DNA of 43,888 nucleotides from Squalus acanthias (GCA_030390025.1 JASTWF010000328.1:496001-539888); one strand, 5' to 3'. Shown: positions 22,996-34,362, counted from the first letter of the stretch. Notes: generated by a model from the letters alone, not told the origin. Numbers and translations: made by a program.

Positions 22996-23961
22996 ATGGA
23001 AGGAGAAAGCAGCGATCGCAGCGATGACAAACCGCACACGTGTTCGGTGTGTGGACGCGGATTCAGCCGATCGCCTGACCTGGTGAGACACGTGCACCGT
23101 CACACCGGGGAGAAACCGGGTAAAGGTGGGGACGGTGGGAAGGGATTCAGTTCCCCGTCTGCAATAGAAGTTCAACGGCGCAGTCACACCAGGGACAGTC
23201 CGTTCACCTGCTCCGTGTGTGGAAGGGGATTTGTTTGTTCATCCTACCTGCAAACACACCAGCGAGTTCACACTGACGAGAGACCGTTTCAATGTTCTGA
23301 CTGTGGGAAGAGCTTTAAAAGCTCCGGGGATCTGAAGGGACACCAGCGAGTTCACACTGATGAGCGACCCTTTAAATGTTCTGACTGTGGGAAAAGCTTT
23401 AAAAGCTCCCGGGATCTGAAGGGACACCAACACCTACACACTGGGGAGAGGCCGTTCACCTGCTCCGTGTGTGGGAAGGGATTCACTCAGTCATCCGCCC
23501 TCCTGTCACACCAGCTTGTTCACACTGGGGAGAGGCCGTTCACCTGCTCTGTGTGTGGAATGGGATTCACTCAGTCATCCACCCTCCTGACACACCAGCG
23601 AGTTCACACTGACGAGAGACCCTTTAAATGTTCTGACTGTGGGAAGAGCTTTAAAAGCTCCGGGGATCTGAAGAGACACCAACACCTACACACTGGGGAG
23701 AGGCCGTTCACCTGCTCTGTGTGTGGGAAGGGATTTGCTCGGTCCTCCAACCTGCTGGAACATCAGCGAGTTCACACTGGGGAGAGACCGTTCACCTGCT
23801 CTGTGTGTGGGAAGGGATTCGCTCGGTCCTCCAACCTGCTGGTACATCAGCGAGTTCACACTGACGAGAGACCCTTTAAATGTTCTGACTGTGGGAAGAG
23901 CTTTAAAAGCTCGAAGAACCTTAAGGGACACCAGTGTCTTCACACTGATCATAGAATCTAA
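22996..23961 (+). CDS. C2H2 zinc-finger protein, 10 intact plus 1 degenerate finger; stop supplied by a CR1 insertion
   Basis: Acceptor at 22884-22886; ATG at 22996 (cacATGG); last codons HRI* come from the CR1 tail. Confidence 0.8.
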   Translation: MEGESSDRSDDKPHTCSVCGRGFSRSPDLVRHVHRHTGEKPGKGGDGGKGFSSPSAIEVQRRSHTRDSPFTCSVCGRGFVCSSYLQTHQRVHTDERPFQCSDCGKSFKSSGDLKGHQRVHTDERPFKCSDCGKSFKSSRDLKGHQHLHTGERPFTCSVCGKGFTQSSALLSHQLVHTGERPFTCSVCGMGFTQSSTLLTHQRVHTDERPFKCSDCGKSFKSSGDLKRHQHLHTGERPFTCSVCGKGFARSSNLLEHQRVHTGERPFTCSVCGKGFARSSNLLVHQRVHTDERPFKCSDCGKSFKSSKNLKGHQCLHTDHRI

Positions 23962-24336
23962 CAGCACAGAAGGAGGTGATTCGGCCCATCGTGTCTGTGC
24001 CGGCTCTTTGAAAGAACTATCCAATTTAGTCTCAAACCCCAGCTTTATCCCCAGAACTCTGCAAACTAGTCCTCTTCAAGTACACGTCCAATCACCGTTT
24101 GAAAGTTCCTGTGGAACCTGATTCCAGCATCCTTTCAGATGGTGCGTTCCAGATCTTAACAACCCTCTGTGTGAAAACAATTCTCCTCATTCACCTCTAG
24201 TTCTTTTAGCAACTATTTTAAATCTGTGACCTTTGGTTACCGACCCACTTGCCAGAGTGAACAGTTTCTCCCTACTTGCTCGATCAAAACCCCTCATCAT
24301 TTTGAACCCCTCTATTAGGTCTCCTCTTAACCTTCT
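23949..24336 (-). mobile_element. CR1 3' fragment
   Basis: [19 protein letters not shown]...GHRFKI; catagaat tail. Confidence 0.85.
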
Positions 24337-26400
24337 GAGCTCACTGTACACCAGCGCACTCACACTGGGGAGAGGCCGTTCACTGAGCTCACTGTACACC
24401 AGCGCACTCACACTGGGGAGAGGCCGTTCACTGAGCTCACTGTACACCAGCGAGTTCACACTGGGGAGAGGCCGTTCACTGAGCTCACTGTACACCAGCG
24501 AGTTCACACTGGGGAGAGGCCGTTCACTGAGCTCACTGTACACCAGCGCACTCACACTGGGGAGAGGCCGTTCACTGAGCTCACTGTACACCAGCGCACT
24601 CACACTGGGGAGAGGCCGTTCACTGAGCTCACTGTACACCAGCGCACTCACACTGGGGAGAGGACCGTTCACTGAGCTCACTGTACACCAGCGAGTTCAC
24701 ACTGGGGAGAGGCCGTTCACTGAGCTCACTGTACACCAGCGAGTTCACACTGGGGAGAGACCGTTCACTGAGCTCACTGTACACCAGCGCACTCACACTG
24801 GGGAGAGACCGTTCACTGAGCTCACTGTACACCAGCGAGTTCACACTGGGGAGAGGCCGTTCACTGAGCTCACTGTACACCAGCGCACTCACACTGGGGA
24901 GAGGCCGTTCACTGAGCTCACTGTACACCAGCGAGTTCACACTGGGGAGAGGCCGTTCACTGAGCTCACTGTACACCAGCGCACTCACACTGGGGAGAGG
25001 CCGTTCACTGAGCTCACTGTACACCAGCGAGTTCACACTGGGGAGAGGCCGTTCACTGAGCTCACTGTACACCAGCGAGTTCACACTGGGGAGAGGCCGT
25101 TCACTGAGCTCACTGTACACCAGCGCATTGACACTGGGGAGAGGCCGTTCACTGAGCTCACTGTACACCAGCAAGTTCACACTGGGGAGAGGCCGTTCAC
25201 GGAGCTCACTGTACACCAGCGCACTCACACTGGGGAGAGGCCGTTCACTGAGCTCACTGTACACCAGCGCACTCACACTGGGGAGAGACCTTTCACTGAG
25301 CTCACTGTACACCAGCGAGTTCACACTGGGGAGTGGCCGTTCACTGAGCTCACTGTACACCAGCGAGTTCACACTGGGGAGAGGCCGTTCACTGAGCTCA
25401 CTGTACACCAGCGAGTTCACACTGGGGAGAGGCCATTCACTGAGCTCACTGTACACCAGCGAGTTCACACTGGGGAGAGACCGTTCACTGAGCTCACTGT
25501 ACACCAGTGAGTTCACACTGGCGAGAGGCCGTTCACTGAGCTCACTGTACACCAGCGCACTCAAACTGGGGAGAGACCGTTCACTGAGCTCACTGTACAC
25601 CAGCGAGTTCACACTGGGGAGAGACCGTTCACTGAGCTCACTGTAAACCAGCGCACTCACACTGGGGAGAGGCCGTTTACTGAGCTCACTGTACACCAGC
25701 GAGTTCACACTGGGGAGAGACCGTTCACTGAGCTCACTGTACACCAGCAAGTTCACACTGGGGAGAGACCGTTCACTGAGCTCACTGTACACCAGCGAGT
25801 TCACACTGGGGAGAGGCCGTTCACTGAGCTCACTGTACACCAGCGCACTCACACTGGGGAGAGGCCGTTCACTGAGCTCACTGTACACCAGCGAGTTCAC
25901 ACTGGGGAGAGGCTGTTCACTGAGCTCACTGTACACCAGTGCATTCACACTGGGGAGAGGCCGTTCACTGAGCTCACTGTACACCAGCGCACTCACACTG
26001 GGGAGAAGCCGTTCACTGAGCTCACTGTACACCAGCGCACTCACACTGGGGAGAGGCCGTTCACTGAGCTCACTGTACACCAGCGAGTTCACACTGGGGA
26101 GAGGCCGTTCACTGAGCTCACTGTACACCAGCGAGTTCACACTGGGGAGAGGCCGTTCACTAAGCTCACTGTACACCAGCGAGTTCACACTGGGGAGAGG
26201 CTGTTCACTGAGCTCACTGTACACCAGCGCACTCACACTGGGGAGAGACCGTTCACTGAGCTCACTGTACACCAGCGAGTTCACACTGGGGAGAGGCCGT
26301 TCACTGAGCTCACTGTACACCAGCGCACTCACACTGGGGAGAGGCCGTTCACTGAGCTCACTGTACACCAGCACACTCACACTGGGGAGAGGCCGTTCAC
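24337..26400 (+). repeat. 48-bp zinc-finger-derived minisatellite, 43 copies
   Basis: Unit gagctcactgtacaccagcg(agtt/cact)cacactggggagaggccgttcact = ELTVHQR(V/T)HTGERPFT; first unit 24337, last 26354 (42x48+1). Confidence 0.98.
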
Positions 26401-26974
26401 CTGCTCTGAGTGTGGGAAGGGATTGATTCAGTCATCTGGCCTTCTGACACACCTGCGAGTTCACACTGGGGAGAGGTCGTTCACCTGCTCTGAGTGTGGG
26501 AAGGGTTTCACTCGTTCATCCCACCTGCTGACACACCAGCGGGTTCACACTGATAAGAGACCTTTTAAATGTTCTGACTGTGAGAAGAGATTTAGAAGCA
26601 AAAAGGTTCTGCTGAGACACCAGCGAGTTCACACTGGGGAGAGGCCATTCACTTGCTCTGAGTGTGGGAAGGGATTCACTCAGTCATCCACCTTGCTGAA
26701 ACACCAGCGAGTTCACACTGATGAGAGACCATTTAAATGCCCGGACTGCGGGAAGTGCTATAAAAGTTCCGGGGAACTGACATTCCATCAACGTGTTCAC
26801 ACTGACGAGAGACCGTTCAGGTGCTCTCACTGCGGGACTGGGTTCAGGCAGTCATCTGAACTCACTGTACACCAGCGCACTCACGATGGGGAGAAGCCAT
26901 TCATCTGCTCCGTGTGTGGGAAGGGATTCACTCAGTCATCCAACATGCTGACACACCAACGAGTTCACAAGTGA
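26401..26974 (+). pseudogene. 3' part of a C2H2 ZNF gene (7 fingers), paralogous to 14919-16094
   Basis: Shares the [14 protein letters not shown] and [21 protein letters not shown] fingers and the 3' flank; no own start codon recognised. Confidence 0.75.
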
Positions 26975-28280
26975 CTGCAGGGGTTGGATTCTGCTGTTGT
27001 TGCTGTTGTTAATCACATCCAGGACTGAACCATGTTCATTCTGACAGTTGGGATTTGTTTCTGCTGATGTTAATAACTCCTGTAACTGGGCTGGAGTTGA
27101 TTTTCTGGATAGATGTCAAATAAATCAGCTTTGCTTTGAACAAATTGTTGTAGATTTTTTTCTTTCCCACCTGAGTGTTTAGCATCACCTGGCTGGAGCT
27201 CAGAAAGGACAATCTGGGGGAGGATCGTACGGCGGGAACAGAACTTCAGCCTGGACACAGTCCTTCAGGGCCACACTGAGAGGGGCAAACGGCACTTTGG
27301 TCTTTCTCGTCTCTCTTCACTGACAGCAAAGTCCCGTGTGGGTTAATCTCGAGGCCTGTAAGAAATGTGTCCCAGCCGCTCTCTTCCATGGTTCAGAGCT
27401 CCTAGGCACGGAACAGAAGGCTCCTTTACAACTGTGTTTAGAGTCAGGAAGAACAACGGTGAATGCTGGAAACGTGCTGTCAAATCAGAGATTGGTGTCA
27501 AACTGCGATCTGTTCCTGACTGAAAGTGAAACAGGTTTAAGTTTCCAGTCTAAATATGACTGATACTTATTCTACGAATATTTAACGTGTTTGTGTGACA
27601 GTCCTGAGTCTACCATTTTAAGGCAGGCGTTAACTCATTTAAAATAAACCCATTTAAAATAAATTGGTTAAATTCCGCATTAAAATAGCAGAGGGAGGAG
27701 TTCACAGGAGCCTGTTAACTGCTGGTACAATTATACAACAGACATTTGATCTCCAGATAAAGAAGGACCTGCAGCGTGTTTCCAGGAATTCCCTGTTTTA
27801 TTGATGTGTGTGTGTTAGACACCAGGATAACTAAAAATACACGACCCGGAACATCCACGGGGTGCGTTCCCGACAGTTACTCTGGGATCACTCCCACTGT
27901 GGAACTCCACCACTGACCCTGCTGAAGGTTGTAGGCTCGGGGAGTGGGGCCTCCAGGAGTGGACTGTAAGAAAGCTGGGTTCCGGTATCCTGACAAATAT
28001 ATGCTGAGGAACCAGAGGAATCCTTACTGAGGAACCGTGTGGGGTTTTACCTGCCTGCATAGGTCGAGGGGCGAATGATGCCTGACTCGCCGAAATTTGA
28101 ACCCAGTTTGTAACAAGATGAATTGAGTTTACAGAAGAATAGGGACAAATATCACCCACAATTGAGGGAGACAAAAGCAGCCATTAGAGAAGCTCAGAGG
28201 GATTTGGAAATGAAGATGCTGCACAATTGTGGTAATATTAGTAAAAATCTTTTCCAGCTGTGTCAGGAGTCAGAGGACAT
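26975..28280 (+). repeat. Inverted segmental duplication of about 13760-14918
   Basis: Colinear reverse-complement match over 3' UTR, spacer and old CR1 piece; about 145 bp extra at 27160-27300. Confidence 0.9.
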
Positions 28281-28284
28281 CGTT

Positions 28285-29405
28285 ACACAGAGTTACATCG
28301 AATTACAGAGTCTACAGCACAGGAACAGGCCATTCGGCCCCACTGGTCAATGCCGGTGTTTCTGCTCCACATGAGCCTCCTCCCACCCTCGTGTGGAGCG
28401 AAGGGCCAGGCAGCAGAATGGATAGAAAGATGGCGACAAAATCCGATTAGCATAACCTTCGATTCCTTTCTCCCTCATGCGCTTATCTAGCTTCCCCTTA
28501 AATGCAGCTGTGTTATTCCCCTCGACTACTCCTTGTGGTAGCACGTTCCACATTCTTACCTCTCTTCGGGTAAAGAGGTTTCCCCTGAATTCCCCATTGG
28601 ATTTATTAGTGACTTTCTTATAATTATGACTTCTAGTTTTGGACTCCCACACAAGTGGAAACATTTCCCCGACATCCACCCTATAGAAACATTTCATAAC
28701 CTTAAAGACCTCGATGAGGTCACCCATCAACCTTCTCTTTTTTAGACAAAAGAGCCCCAGCCTGTTCAGCCTCTCCTGATAAATATATCCTTTCAGTTCT
28801 AGGATCATCCTTGCAAATACAATTTGCACCTTCTCCAGTGCCTCTATAATATATAATATTTTATAATATGGAGACCAGAACTGTGCACAGTTCTCCAAGT
28901 GTGGTCTAACCAAGGTTCGATACAAGTTTAACATAACTTCTCTGCTTTTCAATTCTATCCCTCTAGAAATGAGCCCCAGTCCATTGTTTGCTCCTTTTGT
29001 GGCCTTATTAACCTGCGTCGCTACTTTTAGTGATTTGTGTATCTGGACCCCGAGATCCCTTTGCTTCTCTACCCCATTTAGACTCCAAGTAATTTCCCAG
29101 TAGTGTGTGGCCTCCTTATTCTTCCTACCAAAATGCACCACCTCACACTGATCTACATTGAAATTCATTTGCTAATTAAACACCCATTCTGCAAATTTAT
29201 TCATGCCTTCTTCCATTTTCTCGCAGTCTTCCTCATTGTTATCTACACATCTCAATTTGGTGTCATCGCCGAATTTTGAAATTGTACTTCCGATTCCCAG
29301 TGCAAATCGTTTAGATAAATGGTGAACAACAGTGGTCCCAGCACCGATCCCTGTGGAACACCACTTCCCACCTTTTGCCAGTCTGAGTAGCTACTCCCAA
29401 CCCCT
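28285..29405 (-). mobile_element. CR1 RT-to-3' fragment
   Basis: ORF 28347..29168 (RDLGVQIHKSLK...VRPHLENCAQFWSP); GVPQGSVLGP at about 29335-29365. Confidence 0.88.
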
Positions 29406-29422
29406 AAGTATGTAAAATCCAG

Positions 29423-29593
29423 AAGATGACCCAGGTCAGGCCGTGTGGAGTGAAGGGCCAGGCAGCAGAATGGATGGAAAGATGGCTACAAAACAGAAAT
29501 CAGAGGGTTGGAGTTAAGGGAAGTTTGTTGCGATCTTTCCATCCATTCTGCTGCCTGACCTTTGACTCCACACGGCCTGACCGTGGTCATCTT
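29423..29593. repeat. CR1-derived inverted repeat (about 70-bp arms, about 30-nt loop)
   Basis: ggtcaggccgtgtggagt...ggcagcagaatggatggaaagat versus atctttccatccattctgctgcc...actccacacggcctgacc. Confidence 0.9.
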
Positions 29594-30019
29594 GTAGACC
29601 GTACATACTGCAGACACAGTGCACCAGTGGTGGAGGGGGTGGATATTGAGTCCTGTGGCAGGGGCGCTGATGAAGTGGATTTCTCTGTCCGTGAGTTTTG
29701 AGGCATCGCTAGTGGCGTTTTTCACCACTTTCCACCTTTAAAATAAAATCTTATTGCCAGTTTATTAAAGCCTCTCGGGTAGGTCACACAAAAAAAATGA
29801 GGCCTCGTAAGTTTCCCTCAGAATGACAGGCCTGAACTCGAGTTAGAAAACATTTAGTAATTAAACCAGACTGGGCGGGGCCTGAGGTGTGAGTTAGTAA
29901 CGGAAAATTGGCGGCCAGCGTACTTCACACCAGGGCTGAGGACCCGGGGACTCGGGTTTCTGTATCATTTATTGATTAATTTAGTTTATTGCCCAATCTC
30001 AATCAGACTGGTGGGTCAT

Positions 30020-30580
30020 CTTGCCGTCTGGCGGAGGCGAGGTTCCCCAATGGAGGCTCTCTACGCGGGGGTCCTTCCCTGCACCATTGGGGATCTGGGG
30101 TGGAGACTGTTGCAAGGAGCTGTCGTGTGCAACAGTTTAAGCTCCTTTCCGGACTCCAAGGCCAGATGTGTTTTTTGCGGCCTAGAGGAGTCCACGGGCC
30201 GTGTATATATTCAGTGTGAGAGGTTGCAGCCCCTGTATAGTTACCTGAAGGGGCTGCTCCTCAACTCTTGGTTACACTTTAGCCCCACGCTCCTAATCTT
30301 TGCCGCCCGGTGCGGAGGGGGGTGGGTAAGTCGGAGGATCTTCTCCTAGACCTGCTCTTGGGCCTGGCGAAAACAGCAATTTGTAGGCCCAGGATGGGCG
30401 GGGCCCATGGGGGGGTCACTCTGGCTGCCTGCCTCTCTCCCGTGGTCTTGTCCCTGCCCGGGTGGCCCTGGAGAGGGAGCAGGCGGTGTCCACCGGTTCA
30501 CTTGATACCTTCCTCGACCGGTGGGCACGGAAGGTATCAAGAGGCGATAATCGATCCTCACAATCACATTGTGATTTAAT
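30020..30580 (+). mobile_element. Degenerate Tx1-clade 3' fragment
   Basis: ALYAGVLPCTIGDLGWRLLQGAV...CVFCGLEES...CERLQPL...LHFSPTLLI matches the C-terminus of the 16695..20453 ORF. Confidence 0.88.
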
Positions 30581-31229
30581 TATTAATTGTGTGTGTGTCA
30601 CAAATACATTTCTTCTATTTTGATACAAAAGCTCTACTAGACATGTTAAACTACTAGTTATTTAATCAGGGCTGCAGCTGCTGAAAGGTTGACTGTACTG
30701 AGGTTTGTGGCCAGAGCTGGCAGACGTGTTGTTCTGAAGTCTGATGTCTCACACCTGAAGAGTCTGTTTATGTCGTGTTGTAATGACCTTTTTCTGTTGC
30801 CTGGTGTCAGAAATAGAAATCAAAGGGAGATGATGCCCCACTCTGTTAATCAACTCTTTGACACATTTCCATGCATTTCCTTTCTTAATTTACAAAGATC
30901 ACAACTCCATTAGTGAACAATGGATTGCCAGTCTGCCACTTTTTAGTGAGGCTTGAAAGGATTCGCTGTGAAGCTACACCTGCCCATCTGTCTGTGTGTC
31001 ACTGTGTTTGGATTGTGTTAGACAACAGTCCGAATATCTCGCCTACATCCATTACAATTTTTGAAATGTTAGATTGTACTTGGAAGAAGTTGAGTTTGAA
31101 TCTGACAATTCTGAAATTGGGAGCTGTTAATGATTTCTGTTTTCACATAACTATATAGTGATGTGATCAGTCAAAGCAAATTAAAAGATGCTGCTATTTA
31201 CTGAACACAACTGAATAATTCTACAAGGA

Positions 31230-31420
31230 TGCTATCGCAGTCTTCCTCAGTATTAACTACACCCCCCAATTTTGTGTCATCAGCAAATTTTGAAATTGTA
31301 CCTCTGATTCCCAAGTCCAAATCATTCATGTAAATGGTGAACAACAGTGGTCCCAGCACCGATCCCCGTGGAACACCACTTCCCACCTTCCGCCCGTCTG
31401 AGTAAATACCTTTAACTCAT
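31230..31420 (-). mobile_element. CR1 RT fragment
   Basis: GVPRGSVLGPLLFTIYMNDLD...FADDTKL. Confidence 0.85.
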
Positions 31421-31948
31421 CCCGTTACTATAACTGGACTTGTCTCCATTCCCGTGCCGAGGGGATTGCTGTACCAGATGGGAGGGGCAACATTTGGGGA
31501 CTCTCGATTCTCCACCAATTCCCATTCCCCTTCTTTCTGGTGGATAATGGAGGTGCCACTGTGTGTAATGTGCAAGTCAGTAAGAATTGTCAGCGAGGAT
31601 TAATCAGCACTTTCTAATTGGAGATGTTAATCAGTGGAACATTTCAGACACTGAATTGTAGATTTTGTACCAAAGATCAATTTAGGATTGAAGTAAAAGT
31701 TCATAATTTTATTGTAAAATAATTCAGGGACTCTCATCAGAAATTAAGGGGAAAGATCAGACAGCGGTTCTTAAACGAACACTGCAGCCCCGACAAGTCA
31801 ATCAGCTATATATCCAGAATATTAAACTCCAGCCCAGTTATAGGGGTTATTAATATCAGCAGAAACAAACCCCAACTGTCAGAATGAACATGGTTCAGTC
31901 CTGGATGTGATTAACAGCAGCAATAACAGCAGAATCCAAGCCCTGCAG

Positions 31949-32791
31949 TCACTTGTGAACTCGCTGGTGTCTCAGCAGGTTGGATGACTGATTGAATCCC
32001 TTCCCACACACGGAGCAGGTGAACGGCCTCTCCCCAGTGTGAACTCGCTGGTGTGCCAACAGGTTGGATGACTGAGTGAATCCCTTCCCACACACGGAGC
32101 AGGTGAATGGCATCTCCCCAGTGTGAACTCGCTGGTGTGTCAGCAGGTTGGATGAATGAGTGAATCCCTTCCCACACACGGAGCAGGTGAATAGCATCTC
32201 CCCAGTGTGAACTCGCTGGTGTGTCAGCAGCTGGGATGACCGAATGAATCCTTTCCCACATACGGAGCAGTTGAACGGCCTCTCCCCAGTGTGAATGCAC
32301 TGGTGTATCAGCAGGTTGGATGAATGAGTGAATCCCTTCCCACACACAGGGCAGGTGAATGGCCTCTCCCCAGTGTGAATGCGCTGGTGTCTCAGAAGGT
32401 CGGAGGAATTAGTGAATCCCTTCTCACACATGGGGCAGGTGAACGGCCTCTCTGCAGTGTGAATGTGCTGGTGTATCAGCAGGGTGGATGAATTAGTGAA
32501 TCCCTTCCCACACACAGGGCAGGTGAACGGCCTCTCCCCAGTGTGATTGCGCTGGTGTGCAATGAGGTGAGATGACTGCCTGAATCTCTTCCCGCAGTGA
32601 GAGCAACTGAACGGTCTCTCCTCAGTGTGAACTCGCTGGTGTGTCAGAAGGTGGGATGACTGACTGAATCCCTTCCCACACTCGGAGCAGGTGAACGGCC
32701 TCTCCCCGGTGTGACTGCGTCGATGAATTTCCAGCCGGGACGGGGAGCTGAATCCCTTCCCACAGTCCCCACATTCCCACGGTTTCTCCAT
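31949..32791 (-). CDS. C2H2 zinc-finger protein, 10 fingers from caccATGG (frame open upstream to the TGA at 32987-32989)
   Basis: [14 protein letters not shown]...HQRVHK*; strong Kozak context; no internal stops. Confidence 0.85.
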   Translation of the reverse strand: MEKPWECGDCGKGFSSPSRLEIHRRSHTGERPFTCSECGKGFSQSSHLLTHQRVHTEERPFSCSHCGKRFRQSSHLIAHQRNHTGERPFTCPVCGKGFTNSSTLLIHQHIHTAERPFTCPMCEKGFTNSSDLLRHQRIHTGERPFTCPVCGKGFTHSSNLLIHQCIHTGERPFNCSVCGKGFIRSSQLLTHQRVHTGEMLFTCSVCGKGFTHSSNLLTHQRVHTGEMPFTCSVCGKGFTQSSNLLAHQRVHTGERPFTCSVCGKGFNQSSNLLRHQRVHK

Positions 32792-33164
32792 GGTGCAGGT
32801 ATCCTTGTGTCTCTCCAGGTTGGACGATCGGTTGAAGCCTCGTCCACACACAGAACACGTGTACGGTTTCTCCCCGCTGTGAATGGTGTGATGTTTCTTC
32901 AGGCTGTGTAACTGGTTAAAGCTCTTTCCACAGTCAGTGCACTGGAACACTCTCACTCGGGTGTGTGTGTCTCGGTGCTTTTCCAGTCACACTGATGTTT
33001 GAAATCTTTTCCCACAGACAGAACAGACAAACATTTCTCCTTCCACATTCAAAGGCCGATGATATTCCCTGTAAAAGTAGTTTACAAAGGTCATCACTGT
33101 AAGTTCAGGATTAAAATGCAGAACAGATAATTCTAGTTTCTATGGAACATTCTCTCCTCTCTTA

Positions 33165-33410
33165 TTACATAGAATTACATAGATTGTACAGCACAGAAAC
33201 AGGCCAATCGGCCCAACTGGTCCATGCGGTGTTTATGCTCCACACGAGCCTCCTCCCATCTCTCTTCATCTCACCCTATCAGCATCTCCTTCTATTCCTT
33301 TCTCCCATGTGTTTATCCAGCTTCCTCTTAAATGCATCCCTGCTCTTCGCCTCAACTACTCCCTGTGGCAGCAAGTTCCACATTCTCAGCACTCTCTGGG
33401 TGAAGGAGTT
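33165..33410 (-). mobile_element. CR1 3' end inside the ZNF leader/intron
   Basis: Same tail family as 5425 and 7120. Confidence 0.75.
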
Positions 33411-33819
33411 TAATCTAAATAGGACTTTCCTGGGCAGCCAATGAGCACTGCTGCCTCTTTTGTGCATTTCCTGGCGAGGCGAAACAGTTGATATTTTCTG
33501 ATCAAAAAGAGCTGAGCTCGGCAGCATTAGTCCTGTTTTGCCTCCTTTGGAGACCAGGTGTACGAGCAGAGTGAGCGCAGCCTTCACAGCAACCGCAATA
33601 AAATTGTTACAGTTGTGAAGGAACTTTGTGTCAGTGCACTGGACCACAAACAAAGTATGTGTGTCGATTATTGTCTGACTGCTACTGTAAAGTGCCTTGA
33701 GATTTTTAAAGGTGCTATATAAAGGTAAGTTGTTGTTGGTGTATAGAGTACTCTGTTTAAATTTAGTGAAATGATCGATAACCAAGGAAGATCATTTCTT
33801 TGTTTGGTTCTGTTAGTTT

Positions 33820-34050
33820 TCATAGATTCATGGAAAAGTACAGCACCAAGGAGGCCATTCGGCCCATCGTGCCTGTGCTGGCTCTTAGAATGAGCAGTCG
33901 TGCTTAGTCCCACATCCCTGCTTGTTGTCCGTAACCCTGTAAATTCCTCATCCTCAAGTACCCGCCCAACTCCCTTTTAAAATCATTGATGGGATCAGCT
34001 CATGACCTTTTCAGGTAGAGCGTTCCAGATCCCAACAACTCTCTGAGTTT
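33820..34050 (-). mobile_element. CR1 3' end
   Basis: catagattcat tail and ggccattcggccc UTR. Confidence 0.7.
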
Positions 34051-34305
34051 TATTCAATTGTTACCACAGTTGCCTTCTGTGAAGGGTTAATAATAAATGC
34101 ATTTTGCTGTGAAAGCAATTAAAACATTTCCAGTATATAAATAGACAGATGCATCAAAATATTAAAATTGTGGGAGGGAGGGCAGTGCTCGCCCAGGGCC
34201 CAATAAACAACGGAATTCTTGTTTCCCAACCCAATGTTTAGAAGATGAAGTCCCAGAGCTGCCTCTGGCTCGGTTCCACCTGCCCTATTCTGACAAGCTG
34301 AGGTG

Positions 34306-34362
34306 TTGGTCAGTGCACTGTGATTGGTCAGTGCACTGTGATTGGTCAGTGCACTGTGATTG
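34306..34362. repeat. 18-bp tandem repeat, 3 copies
   Basis: ttggtcagtgcactgtga. Confidence 0.9.

Noticed and set aside
24629..26380. 583-aa antisense ORF ([16 protein letters not shown])n and other ORFs over the array
   Set aside because: Expected from a stop-free 48-bp unit (multiple of 3); starts at a non-ATG codon; no independent coding evidence
26975..27125. SECIS element that would make the conserved UGA codons selenocysteine
   Set aside because: No AUGA/GA quartet with correct spacing could be built by eye, and the UGA is not at a Cys position; SECISearch3 would settle it
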